From an uncultured Acidobacteriota bacterium (GTDB lineage: Bacteria; Acidobacteriota; Terriglobia; Acidiferrales; UBA7541), in assembly GCA_963737205.1 (NCBI GenBank), contig CAVTRV010000009.1, positions 3,044 to 67,043 of the forward strand: a stretch of DNA of 64,000 bases, read 5' to 3'. Within the stretch, counting starts at the first letter, position 1. Each line of letters starts with the position of its first letter. The notes below the pieces were generated by a model. The model was not told where the DNA came from. It made no database searches and saw nothing but the letters and a program-made list of their open reading frames with translations. Made by a program: the position numbers and the translations under genes. Shown here piece by piece: positions 30,069-41,696 of the stretch.

Positions 30069-31718
30069 TCAGGGTGTGGCAGCAGCGCCGCCCCTCGGGC
30101 CACCACGACCCTTCGGAATCATGAGGCGGGCGACTGCGGCGCTTGCCAGCGACAGGGCTGCGCAGATCATGATGACGATGCGGAATCCGAATACGAAGGC
30201 GTCGCCAATGGATTCGTGAATGGCGGCTTTCGTGGTGGGATCTAGGTCGGGCGGAATCGGGAGGCCAGCGAGTTTGATCTCCTGTGCGCGAAGCTGCTGC
30301 AGAACGCCCGGCGGGACCGACTGAGCCAAGTCGCGGTTCAGGCGATGGCCAAAGGCGTTCACCATGACAATGCCAAGGACTGCTATCGCGAGCACGCTTG
30401 CCACGCGCGACACGGCGTTGTTGATTCCTGAAGCCGCGCCGACGCGGTCTTGAGTTACTGAATTCATGACGACGGTGGTGAGGGGAGCCACGGTGACGGC
30501 CATCCCGAACCCCAGGACAATCACCGCTGGGAAGAACGTCTTCCAATAGCTGCCTCCAACGGAAGGCACCGCGAACAGAACAAAACCCAAGGCAGCAATG
30601 AGAGGGCCAACGATTAGCGGACCTCTGGGGCCATACCGCGCGACAAGTCCGCCAGACCAGCGGGAAAGAAGAAACATAAGCAAAATGAAAGGAAGGATGG
30701 CGGCGCCGGTTGCTGTGGCGGAGTATCCCTGGACTTGAATCAGGTTCAGCGGAAACAAGAAAAAGAAAATTCCGAGAGCCGAGTACAGGAGGAGCGTGAG
30801 CAAATTCGCGCCACTGAAGCTGCGGGATTCGAACAACGCGAGGGGAAGCATCGGCGAAGCGACGCGAGCCTCGAAAAACACGAGCGCAATAAGACAGACG
30901 AAGCCGACGACCAAACTCGCGAGAACCAGGGGGCTTCGCCAACCCAAGTTGGCCGATTCGATGAAGCCGGCAACCAAACCGCCGAGTCCGATGGTGGCGA
31001 GAAGCGCTCCCAGCCAATCGACCCGACCTGCCTCATCGCTGCGACTTTCCGGAATCCGCCAAAGCGAAATAGCAATCACAGCCGCCGCGAGAGGAAGATT
31101 GATGAAGAACGCCCAGCGCCACGAAGCATGCTGAACCAGCCAGCCGCCAAGAACCGGTCCAACGGCGGCGGTGATCGCCGTGAAGCCCGACCAGGTACCG
31201 ATAGCTCGACCGCGGCTTTTCTCGTCGAAAGACGCACTGATAATCGCGAGACTGCCGGGTACGAGAAGCGCGGCGCCCACGCCTTGAACGCTGCGCGCGA
31301 TGATGAGCTGATGAATGTTGGAAGCAGCGCCGCAAGCCGCGGAAGCTACGGCGAAAATCGATACGCCCACCAGGAAGATCAGGCGGCGCCCAAACAGGTC
31401 GCCTAGCGAACCTCCGACGAGAATCAGTGCTGCCAGAAGCAGGCCATAAGACTCGACGACCCATTGCACGTCCACGACGGTGGCGCGAAAGTTGGCTTGG
31501 ATCGCGGGCAGGGCCACGTTTACGACGGTGCTATCGATGAAGGCCAAGCTCGAGCCGAGAATGGTCGCGGCTAGGATCCACGGTCGCGCGTCGTCGCTGG
31601 GTGGAATTGCGGTGCGCGCCGACCGAATTACGCCTTCGTCGCCAGGTGTCCTCATCAAGGGTATGGATGCCGCGTGAGGCGCCATGGGTTCCAAAGGTGA
31701 GCGGGAGGGATGCGGCAA
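30069..31718 (-). CDS. MFS transporter, DHA2 (EmrB/QacA-like, 14-TMS) type
   Basis: 549-aa ORF with about 14 hydrophobic segments. LGSSLAFIDSTVVNVALPAI and GSLGDLFGRRLIF are DHA2-like motifs. The exact start is uncertain. Confidence 0.8.
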   Translation of the reverse strand: MPHPSRSPLEPMAPHAASIPLMRTPGDEGVIRSARTAIPPSDDARPWILAATILGSSLAFIDSTVVNVALPAIQANFRATVVDVQWVVESYGLLLAALILVGGSLGDLFGRRLIFLVGVSIFAVASAACGAASNIHQLIIARSVQGVGAALLVPGSLAIISASFDEKSRGRAIGTWSGFTAITAAVGPVLGGWLVQHASWRWAFFINLPLAAAVIAISLWRIPESRSDEAGRVDWLGALLATIGLGGLVAGFIESANLGWRSPLVLASLVVGFVCLIALVFFEARVASPMLPLALFESRSFSGANLLTLLLYSALGIFFFLFPLNLIQVQGYSATATGAAILPFILLMFLLSRWSGGLVARYGPRGPLIVGPLIAALGFVLFAVPSVGGSYWKTFFPAVIVLGFGMAVTVAPLTTVVMNSVTQDRVGAASGINNAVSRVASVLAIAVLGIVMVNAFGHRLNRDLAQSVPPGVLQQLRAQEIKLAGLPIPPDLDPTTKAAIHESIGDAFVFGFRIVIMICAALSLASAAVARLMIPKGRGGPRGGAAATP

Positions 31719-31739
31719 AAGAGTGGTATGGCGCGGAGT

Positions 31740-31900
31740 GAAGATTCAATCGTCCCTACGGGACTAGGGCTTCTTTGTAGTTCGCTTTCCCGGCATTCCG
31801 CTGGCGCTCTTCTGGATATCAGGGTTTGAATCATCAAACCCTGAAACCCGCCGGGCTAAGTGCAATCGCCGCTCCGCGGCTTTGGACGTGCCCCTACGGG
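31740..31900. repeat. composite REP-like element, copy 4 (lacks the first module)
   Basis: GAAGATTCAATCGTCCCTACGGGACTAG...TTCGCTTTCCCGGCATTCCGCTGGCGCTC...GCCGGGCTAAGTGCAATCGCCGCTCCGCGG. Confidence 0.75.
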
Positions 31901-32063
31901 AAACTTCGAACGGGCGGCGGCGCGAGAGCGCTTGAATTGCGGCCGGCGGGTCGCGACCCACCCCTACGACCGGATTCGCCCAACGGCGGGGCCGACATGC
32001 GGCGGGTCTCCGGGGACAACCGACCGAACCGATCGGAATGCGTCGGCATTTGGCTCCTTGGAT

Positions 32064-32081
32064 ATGCAGAATTTTCTGCAT
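32064..32081. promoter_or_regulatory. 18-nt perfect palindrome, candidate MarR operator
   Basis: ATGCAGAATTTTCTGCAT in an AT-rich stretch about 30 nt upstream of the MarR start. Confidence 0.45.
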
Positions 32082-32112
32082 CCGATACACATGTATATAC
32101 ATCTATGTGAAT

Positions 32113-32562
32113 ATGAGCCACTCACACCTTCCCGACTTGCCGTGCATGTGCAGCAGCTTCCGACGGGCGTCGCGGGCGCTTACACAACTCTACGACCAGA
32201 CGCTGCGTCCGCTTGGGCTGCGTGCCACCCAGTTCACCGTGCTGCAGGTGCTGTCGCGTACCGGAGAGATATCCCAGGGCCGACTGGGCGAAATACTCGC
32301 GATGGACAGCACGACCCTGACGCGAACGCTCGAAATCATGCGCCGGCGGGGCTGGATTGCGGAGCGCCGCGGCGAAGACCGGCGAGAACGATGGCTGCGT
32401 CTGGCCAAGGCCGGGGAGGCACAACTTAACCGCGCTCTACCGGCGTGGGAGAAAGTTCAATCGCGCTTGCGACATCGCGTCGGGGACAGGGCTTGGGAAA
32501 GTCTTTTTCAACTCACCAATCAGGTGACGGATCTAGTCGTCAGTCAAGGAGACTCGATATGA
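32113..32562 (+). CDS. MarR-family transcriptional regulator
   Basis: ORF 32038.., started at ATG 32113 (MSHSHLPDL...). LRATQFTVLQVLSRTGEISQGRLGEILAMDSTTLTRTLEIMRRRGWI is a winged HTH. Confidence 0.85.
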   Translation: MSHSHLPDLPCMCSSFRRASRALTQLYDQTLRPLGLRATQFTVLQVLSRTGEISQGRLGEILAMDSTTLTRTLEIMRRRGWIAERRGEDRRERWLRLAKAGEAQLNRALPAWEKVQSRLRHRVGDRAWESLFQLTNQVTDLVVSQGDSI

Positions 32563-33209
32563 AAAACTATGGAAAAGCTATCGTGGGACTGATTGCCGGT
32601 TGGTTTATCTTTGCTTTGGCCGCCTCGGCGTTACACCTGTTCGAGAATAATTCGAACCGCTTTGGACTCGGCGTCGCGGTGGCTGCGGTGGCACCGATCG
32701 TCGTCTTCTCGCTGTGGTTTGCGGCTTCGGAGAAGTTTCGACAATTCACGTTGTCGTTGAATCCGCGGGTCTTGACCTATGTGCAGTCCTGGAGAATTCT
32801 CGGAGTCACATTCGTGATACTGGCGGCTTACGGCGTGCTCCCGGCAATATTTGCGCTGGCCGCAGGATACGGCGACATGACCATTGGGGCCACCGCTTCG
32901 CTCGTGGCATGGAAGCTGGCGAATCCCGGTCATCGCACCGGCTTCATTCTTTGGCAGGTGCTCGGAATTACGGATCTGGTGACGGCGGTGAGTCTCGGCA
33001 CGACCGCGCGCTTACTTGTTCCGCAGAGCGTTCCTATGGGCGCCATGACGGTACTGCCGCTGAGCCTGGTTCCGACGTTCTTTGTGCCTTTGCTGCTGAT
33101 CCTTCATGTGATTTGCATTGCGCAGGCAAGAGCCTGGAAAGGCGTTTCCGGCTACACACGTGAGACTGCAACATCTGGCGGGGTCCTGCGTTCCTCGGGG
33201 AATGCGTGA
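32559..33209 (+). CDS. integral membrane protein of unknown function, co-transcribed with MarR
   Basis: ATGA start/stop overlap with the MarR gene. About six hydrophobic segments (MKNYGKAIVGLIAGWFIFALAASAL...). Confidence 0.65.
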   Translation: MKNYGKAIVGLIAGWFIFALAASALHLFENNSNRFGLGVAVAAVAPIVVFSLWFAASEKFRQFTLSLNPRVLTYVQSWRILGVTFVILAAYGVLPAIFALAAGYGDMTIGATASLVAWKLANPGHRTGFILWQVLGITDLVTAVSLGTTARLLVPQSVPMGAMTVLPLSLVPTFFVPLLLILHVICIAQARAWKGVSGYTRETATSGGVLRSSGNA

Positions 33210-33230
33210 GCGTGTTTGTCGCAGACACTT

Positions 33231-33313
33231 GGCCGGTAGAGGGCGGGTCTTAGACCCGCCCTACACCGAGTTTGCGAATGAAAAGCCGGGCACGGCATGC
33301 CGTGCCCCTACAG
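33231..33313. repeat. hairpin plus palindrome repeat
   Basis: GGGCGGGTC-TTA-GACCCGCCC at 33241..33261. Third copy of GGGCACGGCATGCCGTGCCC at 33288..33307. Confidence 0.7.
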
Positions 33314-33401
33314 AGAAAATTTGGAAGGCGAGTTTCCGCTCGGCCGCGCGCGTAAATTCGGCGGCGTCGCGAGCGCGCCGTGGTCTATAATTCGCGACTC
33401 G

Positions 33402-35983
<2,582 letters not shown>

Positions 35984-35984
<1 letters not shown>

Positions 35985-36625
35985 TGGGCGCGCAAACCGC
36001 GCGAGCGGACATTGTGCGAGAACCTCGGTGGCCTGCCTTTGTGGCCATGCTGGCGGCGGCGTGCGTGTACTGGGCGCTGCCGGAGGAGCTGTCCGTGGGG
36101 CCGGGATGGGGATTGTTCGCGGTGATTTTCGTGCTGCTGATACCGACGGTGATTTCGACGCGTCGCGGCGACTACCACATTGCGCGGGTTCTCGCGTTCG
36201 TCGCGAATGGCGCCATCACAATTGCGATGATTGCTTCGCTGGCGTTTCTGATCGAGGGACTGCCGAAGCATCGCGATCCGCCGCAGATGCTGCTCCGGTC
36301 GGCTGTGGCGCTGTGGATCACGAACGTGCTGGTGTTCGCGCTGTGGTACTGGAAACTTGATGCGGGCGGTCCGGTGGGTCGCGAGAGCTCGAAGGGGCGC
36401 GTCGCGAGCGCGTTTCTGTTCCCGCAAATGCTGGCGGATGAAAAATCGTCGTGGTCGCCCAACTTCGTGGATTACCTGTTTCTGGCGTTCAATACGAGCA
36501 CGGCGTTCTCGCCCACCGATACGGCGGTGCTGTCGCGGTGGGCCAAGGCCGGCACGATGACGCAGTCGCTGATCTCGCTGACGATCGTTGCGCTGCTGGC
36601 GGCCCGCGCCGTGAATATTTTGTAA
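35984..36625 (+). CDS. DUF1345-like membrane protein
   Basis: TAATG overlap with the kinase stop. Several TM segments. YLFLAFNTSTAFSPTDT motif. Confidence 0.6.
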
Positions 36626-36716
36626 TTTCAAATTTGAAATTTGAAATTTGGCAAATACAAAGGATTAACACAGAGGGCACGGAGAAAAGCACGAGAACAC
36701 AGAGAAGACTCAGGAT
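36624..36716 (+). repeat. CACAGAG-type REP, copy 1
   Basis: AATTTCAAATTTGAAATTTGAAATTTGG, then AACACAGAGGGCACGGAGAAAAGCACGAGAACACAGAGAAGAC. Confidence 0.75.
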
Positions 36717-36859
36717 CCCCGGGAAGACTGTGAGTTCCCACAAAACGAGTGGCATACAGGAAAAGCCCCCTGCGGCGTGCGGCGAATCCGGGATTGCTGC
36801 GCGGCGGCGCGAATCGTAGGATGCGCGCAGATGTTCACGCCAAGCGGGAGCCAAAACGG

Positions 36860-37027
36860 ATGAGACGAAGCCCTTTGTTCATTGTGCTGCTGGTGCTACT
36901 CGTGCTGCTGATCCTTGGGGCGTTGCCGACGTGGCCTTATAGCATGGGTTGGGGCTACTACCCGAGCGGCGGTCTGGGGTTGGTTCTGCTGATTGTGTTG
37001 CTGCTCGTGCTGTTCGACCGGCTCTGA
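36860..37027 (+). CDS. DUF3309-family small membrane protein (55 aa)
   Basis: MRRSPLFIVLLVLLVLLILGALPTWPYSMGWGYYPSGGLGLVLLIVLLLVLFDRL. The PTWPYS..WGYYPSGGLG signature is characteristic. Confidence 0.75.
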   Translation: MRRSPLFIVLLVLLVLLILGALPTWPYSMGWGYYPSGGLGLVLLIVLLLVLFDRL

Positions 37028-37063
37028 AGCGACAGAAGCCGGAAAAAGCCGAAGGCGTTCTGA

Positions 37064-37134
37064 TCGAAATTCAAAGGACTAACACAGAGAACACTGAGAA
37101 AAGCACGAGGACACAGAGAAGACGCACGCAGGAT
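37064..37134 (+). repeat. CACAGAG-type REP, copy 2
   Basis: CGAAATTCAAAGGACTAACACAGAGAACACTGAGAAAAGCACGAGGACACAGAGAAGAC. Confidence 0.75.
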
Positions 37135-37420
37135 CTCCCCCCGCCGAAGACCCCATAGCTCAAGCCGCCAAGCCCTACTACACCAATTGGAACTAACCGG
37201 GCGGCAGGTCGGAATCAACTGGGGCCACCCAGAGGCCGTCCGGAAGCTATCCACCAACCATCCATTGACGCAGAATTCGCGTACTTATGACGGGGCCGCA
37301 CTGTGAACCGTAACCACTACCGGGCCGTCGAGGTGATTACGCGGATTTGACACGACGATGACAACGGGGCCTGCGTCGGGCGCTAGCATTTGTGGCGGAG
37401 CAAGAAAGAGAACGGGCGAC

Positions 37421-38167
37421 ATGGATTCGAACGGGGATTCGAGCGGGAATTCCAACGTGGACACGGCAAACGCAGCGAACGAAGCTATGGGCGCCGGATC
37501 AAACGGAGCGCCTGCTGCCACGCTCACCGAGGCGGAAGCGATTCGGCTCGCGCAGGCTGGTAACGGCGAGGCCTTCGAATTTCTATATCAGATGCATTGC
37601 CGGCGAGTGTACGCGCTGTGCATGCGCATGACGGGCAATCCCGCCGAGGCGGAGGACCTGACGCAGGACGCGTTCCTGCAACTGTTTCGGAAAATCAGCA
37701 GTTTTCGCGGCGAGTCGAGCTTCTCCACGTGGCTGCATCGGCTGACCGTGAATGTGGTTCTGATGCGGTTTCGCAGGAAGCGGCACCCGGAGGTTTCGCT
37801 CGACGAGCCTGGGGGCGCGTCCGGCGACGACGCGGCAGCTTTGCCGTTCGAGATCGGCGAGCCCGACTTGCGGGTGCGCGGGACGCTGGACCGCGTGATG
37901 CTCGACCGCGCGATCAAGCAGTTGCCCGCGGGCTACAAGGTGATGTTCCTCCTGCACGACATTCAAGGGTACGCGCACGAGGAAATCGCGCAGATTCTGG
38001 GGTGCTCGATCGGCAATTCGAAATCGCAACTCCACAAGGCGCGCCTGCGCATGCGCGAGCTGCTCACTAGCCGAATCCGGCGCGCGCGGCGCAAACGCGC
38101 AGCGAAAACCGGCAGGACGTCAGGCGCGGCCGTGCGGCTGAAGTGGCCGGCACCCTCTGGAGCGTAG
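37421..38167 (+). CDS. ECF-type sigma-70 family factor with low-complexity N-terminal extension
   Basis: Region 2: EAEDLTQDAFLQLFRKISSFRGESSFSTWLHRLTVNVVLMRFRRKR. Region 4: VMFLLHDIQGYAHEEIAQILGCSIGNSKSQLHKARLRM. The start (37358 or 37421) is uncertain. Confidence 0.8.
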   Translation: MDSNGDSSGNSNVDTANAANEAMGAGSNGAPAATLTEAEAIRLAQAGNGEAFEFLYQMHCRRVYALCMRMTGNPAEAEDLTQDAFLQLFRKISSFRGESSFSTWLHRLTVNVVLMRFRRKRHPEVSLDEPGGASGDDAAALPFEIGEPDLRVRGTLDRVMLDRAIKQLPAGYKVMFLLHDIQGYAHEEIAQILGCSIGNSKSQLHKARLRMRELLTSRIRRARRKRAAKTGRTSGAAVRLKWPAPSGA

Positions 38168-38368
38168 AGCCGACCTGAATTTGCGGCATTTACGTCGTGC
38201 CCAGCCACGACCCACAAAGGCTCCTCGTGCTACGACAATCGTCGTTTTGACAATTACCGGGGAATGTTTTGACAATTCCGTGACATCTCGCCTGCCCGCG
38301 AAGAATTAGGCTCCACTCCCCCAGCCCTTCCGCAGAACGAAGAGGGTGAATCGAGAGGAGAAAACCTA

Positions 38369-39547
38369 ATGAAACTGCTGAAGTCCTTGCCATTCCTTAT
38401 TCTTGCGATCGCGCTCCATCCGGGCGTGGTCTTTGCCCAGCATTACACGCAGACGAACCTGATTTCGAACGTGAGTGGCCAGGCGCCCGTGACGGATCCC
38501 AACCTGCAGAATCCATGGGGCTTGGTTCACGGTCCGACCAGCCCATGGTGGGTGGCAAATAACGCCAACGGCACCTCAACCATTTACACCGGCGCAGGCG
38601 CGATCATTGCCTTACCGACTCCGACGGGAGCAGTCACCGTCCCGAACGCTCCTAGCCAGCCCGCGCCCGGTTCTCCCACGGGCATAATGTTCAACGGCAG
38701 CGCCACGGATTTTCTGCTGGCTCCGGCCGTTGGCACCACGCCCGGCAAGCAAGCGATTTTCCTGTTTGTGACGGAAGACGGCACGGTACAGGGCTGGAAT
38801 CCGGGCGTGAGCCTTTCCACGGCCGTCATCAAGGTGGACAATTCCGAAAAGCCGAACAAGAAAGACGGAGCGGTGTACAAGGGCGCGACGATCGTCGTGG
38901 TGGACGGGCACAGGTTCATCTTGGCCGCCAACTTCCGCAGCGGACGAATCGACGCTTTCGACACCAACTTCAATCAGGTGCAGTGGAAGAATCATGACGA
39001 GGCCTTCGAAGATGACAATCTCCCCTGGGGCTACACTCCCTTCAACGTGCAAGAGTACGGGCCGAACGTCTACGTCACGTACGCGAAGCAGGATGCGGCC
39101 AAGCACGATCCGGTCCAGCCAGGCGAGCCGGGCGACGGCTTCGTTGACGTCTTCAGCCTCCATGGCAGACTGATCTCTCGCTTGGAGCATGGTCCCTGGT
39201 TCAACGCGCCGTGGGGGGTTGTCCTGACGACGGCGGACTTCGGCCAGTTCAGCCACACTTTGCTGGTGGGCAATTTCCGCGGCGGCACTATCGCTGCCTT
39301 TAATCCCATCACCGGCCAGTTTCTCGGCAACGTGCTGAATCCGGACGGCACTACGCTCAATATCGACGGTCTGTGGGGACTCGCCTTCGGCGCAGGCAGC
39401 ATCGACTCTGCCGATCCCACGAAGGACAGTTCTTCCGGGTCCGGGAACGTTCTGTTCTTCACCGCTGGGCCCAACAACGAGACAAACGGTCTGTTTGGCA
39501 CGTTGACGCCCGTTGCGGCTGAATTGGCGGCAGACGGCGAACAGTAG
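38369..39547 (+). CDS. secreted TIGR03118-like beta-propeller protein
   Basis: RBS GAGAGGAG and signal peptide MKLLKSLPFLILAIALHPGVVFA. YTQTNLISNVSGQAPVTDPNLQNPWGL and GLWGLAFG are typical of the family. Confidence 0.7.
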   Translation: MKLLKSLPFLILAIALHPGVVFAQHYTQTNLISNVSGQAPVTDPNLQNPWGLVHGPTSPWWVANNANGTSTIYTGAGAIIALPTPTGAVTVPNAPSQPAPGSPTGIMFNGSATDFLLAPAVGTTPGKQAIFLFVTEDGTVQGWNPGVSLSTAVIKVDNSEKPNKKDGAVYKGATIVVVDGHRFILAANFRSGRIDAFDTNFNQVQWKNHDEAFEDDNLPWGYTPFNVQEYGPNVYVTYAKQDAAKHDPVQPGEPGDGFVDVFSLHGRLISRLEHGPWFNAPWGVVLTTADFGQFSHTLLVGNFRGGTIAAFNPITGQFLGNVLNPDGTTLNIDGLWGLAFGAGSIDSADPTKDSSSGSGNVLFFTAGPNNETNGLFGTLTPVAAELAADGEQ

Positions 39548-39569
39548 AATCAATTCGACAAACAGAAGG

Positions 39570-39612
39570 CGCGCTGAAACCGATTGGCGGGGTCAGCGCG
39601 GTTTTCTTTTTC
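39570..39612. terminator. intrinsic terminator between convergent genes
   Basis: CGCGCTGA, 15-nt loop, TCAGCGCG, followed by GTTTTCTTTTTCC. Confidence 0.65.
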
Positions 39613-39636
39613 CTGCTCCTACGCAAGTCTTGACTT

Positions 39637-40386
39637 TCAACTCTTCGGATACCAATCGAGGATGCGGACCTCAATGCCAGTCCCCTGCAAACCTTTTTCG
39701 AAGACGGTGAGGTCTGACCCGCGGTAGTGGTACGGGATCACGATCTTCGGATGGAAGGCTGTGACGGCGTTGGCGGCTTCGTCGGGCGGCATGGTGTACG
39801 GCAGATTCATGCAGACGAAGGCGACGTCGATATTCTTGAGCGCGCGCATTTCGGGAATGCCTTCGGTGTCACCCGAGAAATAGAAGCGCTTTCCGCCGTA
39901 GGTGAGGACATAGCCGTTGCCGCGGCCTTTGTCGTGGTAGAGGGTGCCGGGCGACGGGCCGCGCTTGATGTTGTACATCGGGATCGCTTCAATGGTCCAA
40001 TCGCCCCACGTTTTTGTCTCGCCATTTGAAATGGGGCTCGCCGAAGTTACCGTTTTGACCACCGCGGGTGGCGCCATAATCTGCGTTCCCGGCTTGCTGA
40101 TCGCGGCGATCGAGGCTGGATCCATGTGGTCGCCGTGAATGTCGGTGATGAGGATCAGGTCAGCCGGCGGGAGGCCCGCGAAATTGCTGGGCTTCGCGGG
40201 ATCGAGGTAAATCGCTTTGCCCCCAGCCTCAATCAGCAAACTCGCGTGAAAAATCGGCGTGATCTTGACGGGGCCGGCGGAGGTGTCGAACGTCTGCACC
40301 GGCCGGGAAGATTGAGCTCCGGCCTGAGCGGCAAAGACAAAAACCAAGAACAACGACGCAGCAGCGATCTTGAGGGAGAGTTGCAT
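39637..40386 (-). CDS. secreted MBL-fold metallo-hydrolase
   Basis: Signal peptide MQLSLKIAAASLFLVFVFAAQAGA. LILITDIHGDHMD is an H-x-H-x-D-H-like motif. Confidence 0.7.
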   Translation of the reverse strand: MQLSLKIAAASLFLVFVFAAQAGAQSSRPVQTFDTSAGPVKITPIFHASLLIEAGGKAIYLDPAKPSNFAGLPPADLILITDIHGDHMDPASIAAISKPGTQIMAPPAVVKTVTSASPISNGETKTWGDWTIEAIPMYNIKRGPSPGTLYHDKGRGNGYVLTYGGKRFYFSGDTEGIPEMRALKNIDVAFVCMNLPYTMPPDEAANAVTAFHPKIVIPYHYRGSDLTVFEKGLQGTGIEVRILDWYPKS

Positions 40387-40438
40387 TCAGCACGACTCCT
40401 GAAATCAGATTCCGCGAGCAAAGTGAGTTTAAGCCGAT

Positions 40439-40996
40439 TTAGTTTCCCGCGCCAGCAGAGCCGGTGGCCGTCTGCGTAACCAGCTTTTTCACGTCGTCAA
40501 CGACTGCGGCCACCGCCAGATCGAAGTTCTTATCGCGGTACTCCTGCGTCTTTGCGGACGCCACGTGCTCGGTGAGCGTCCACAGCACCACGCGCGTTTT
40601 GGGATCCAGGAGCACTAAGATGAGTTGAGGATCACTCGTCGATTGGCCGGAGATAATGGCTCCGTCGGTAACCTCAACAGACACGATGGGATTCGCAAAA
40701 CTGATTTCACAAATCAAGTCGGCGTCGACCGGAGCAGCTACAAATTCAAAATGACCCCAGCCCTTCATCGCCGCATAGAACTGATTGTAAGTTCGATCGG
40801 GATCCCCGCTATATTTGGCCCGGGGCGTGTCTGCCATCGCGTGCGACACAAACACCTTCTTGGCGGTGAGGATTTGTGCAGGGACTGGCGCCGCGGCGAC
40901 TTTCGATGTCTGCTGCGCTCGCAGCGGTACAGGAACCGCTGCGAATCCGGCCACGAAAGCTGCAGAAAGAACCGCTCGCGTGATGAAGGTCGCCAT
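40439..40996 (-). CDS. secreted hypothetical protein
   Basis: RBS GGGAGGGG and signal peptide MATFITRAVLSAAFVAGFAAVPVPLRAQ. No recognisable domain. Confidence 0.55.
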   Translation of the reverse strand: MATFITRAVLSAAFVAGFAAVPVPLRAQQTSKVAAAPVPAQILTAKKVFVSHAMADTPRAKYSGDPDRTYNQFYAAMKGWGHFEFVAAPVDADLICEISFANPIVSVEVTDGAIISGQSTSDPQLILVLLDPKTRVVLWTLTEHVASAKTQEYRDKNFDLAVAAVVDDVKKLVTQTATGSAGAGN

Positions 40997-41084
40997 AACC
41001 CCTCCCGATGCAACTCCAAATCGAAGCGCGAAGTCGATCTCGCGTAGCTAAGACGTTGTGCCAGGAAGGCGCGTTACGGAAGAA

Positions 41085-41507
41085 TCAATCGAGCGACTCG
41101 AATCGCTCGGCGGCCTTGCCGAACGAGGCGTCGTTGTGGCGCAGTGTTTCGGCCTTCGCGGACTTGAATGGTTCTTCGGCGGGGATGCGGTCGAGCCAGC
41201 GCTGGTGCGAAAGCTTTTCGTGGTCTGAAAAATCCAGGCGGACCAGGAGTTTCACCTGCGCGCTCGCTCCATCGTCCTTTTCATCTTTCGCAGACGATTT
41301 CTTATGAGCGGCGGCCTTCTTTCCGTGCGCGTGCTTTGCTTCATCGGCGTCGCCGGCCGGTTTCGGTTCGTTTTCCACACGCTCGAACTTGAGCAGGATC
41401 TTGTTGCCGAGACGGAAACCCTGTTTCCAAGCTTCCACCTTGTGACGTGCCTGTTGCGCCGCTTCTTCGTTGGTGCCGAAATCGAAAATCAAAATTGTTT
41501 GCGCCAT
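41085..41507 (-). CDS. hypothetical protein with Lys/Ala/Asp-rich linker
   Basis: 140-aa ORF MAQTILIFDFGTNEEAAQQARHKVEAWKQG.... No recognisable domain. Confidence 0.5.
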   Translation of the reverse strand: MAQTILIFDFGTNEEAAQQARHKVEAWKQGFRLGNKILLKFERVENEPKPAGDADEAKHAHGKKAAAHKKSSAKDEKDDGASAQVKLLVRLDFSDHEKLSHQRWLDRIPAEEPFKSAKAETLRHNDASFGKAAERFESLD

Positions 41508-41612
41508 GGCTTTATTCTAGCGCATGGGCAGCGATGCGTCGATGCTCCGACCGCATCGCTGGCCACCCCAGGGGCTAAAGCCCCCATCTAATTTTTTGTG
41601 AGGGCTTCTTTC

Positions 41613-41654
41613 GGGTGGCCTCAAGGCCACCCTCCCCGGACTGAAGGTCCGGGG
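41613..41654. repeat. twin GC-rich hairpins downstream of the esterase gene (REP- or terminator-like)
   Basis: GGGTGGCC-TCAA-GGCCACCC at 41613..41632. CCCCGGAC-TGAAG-GTCCGGGG at 41634..41654. Confidence 0.45.
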
Positions 41655-41696
41655 CTGACACAAAAGCCGGGAAACCATTTATGAGATGGCTTCGTG

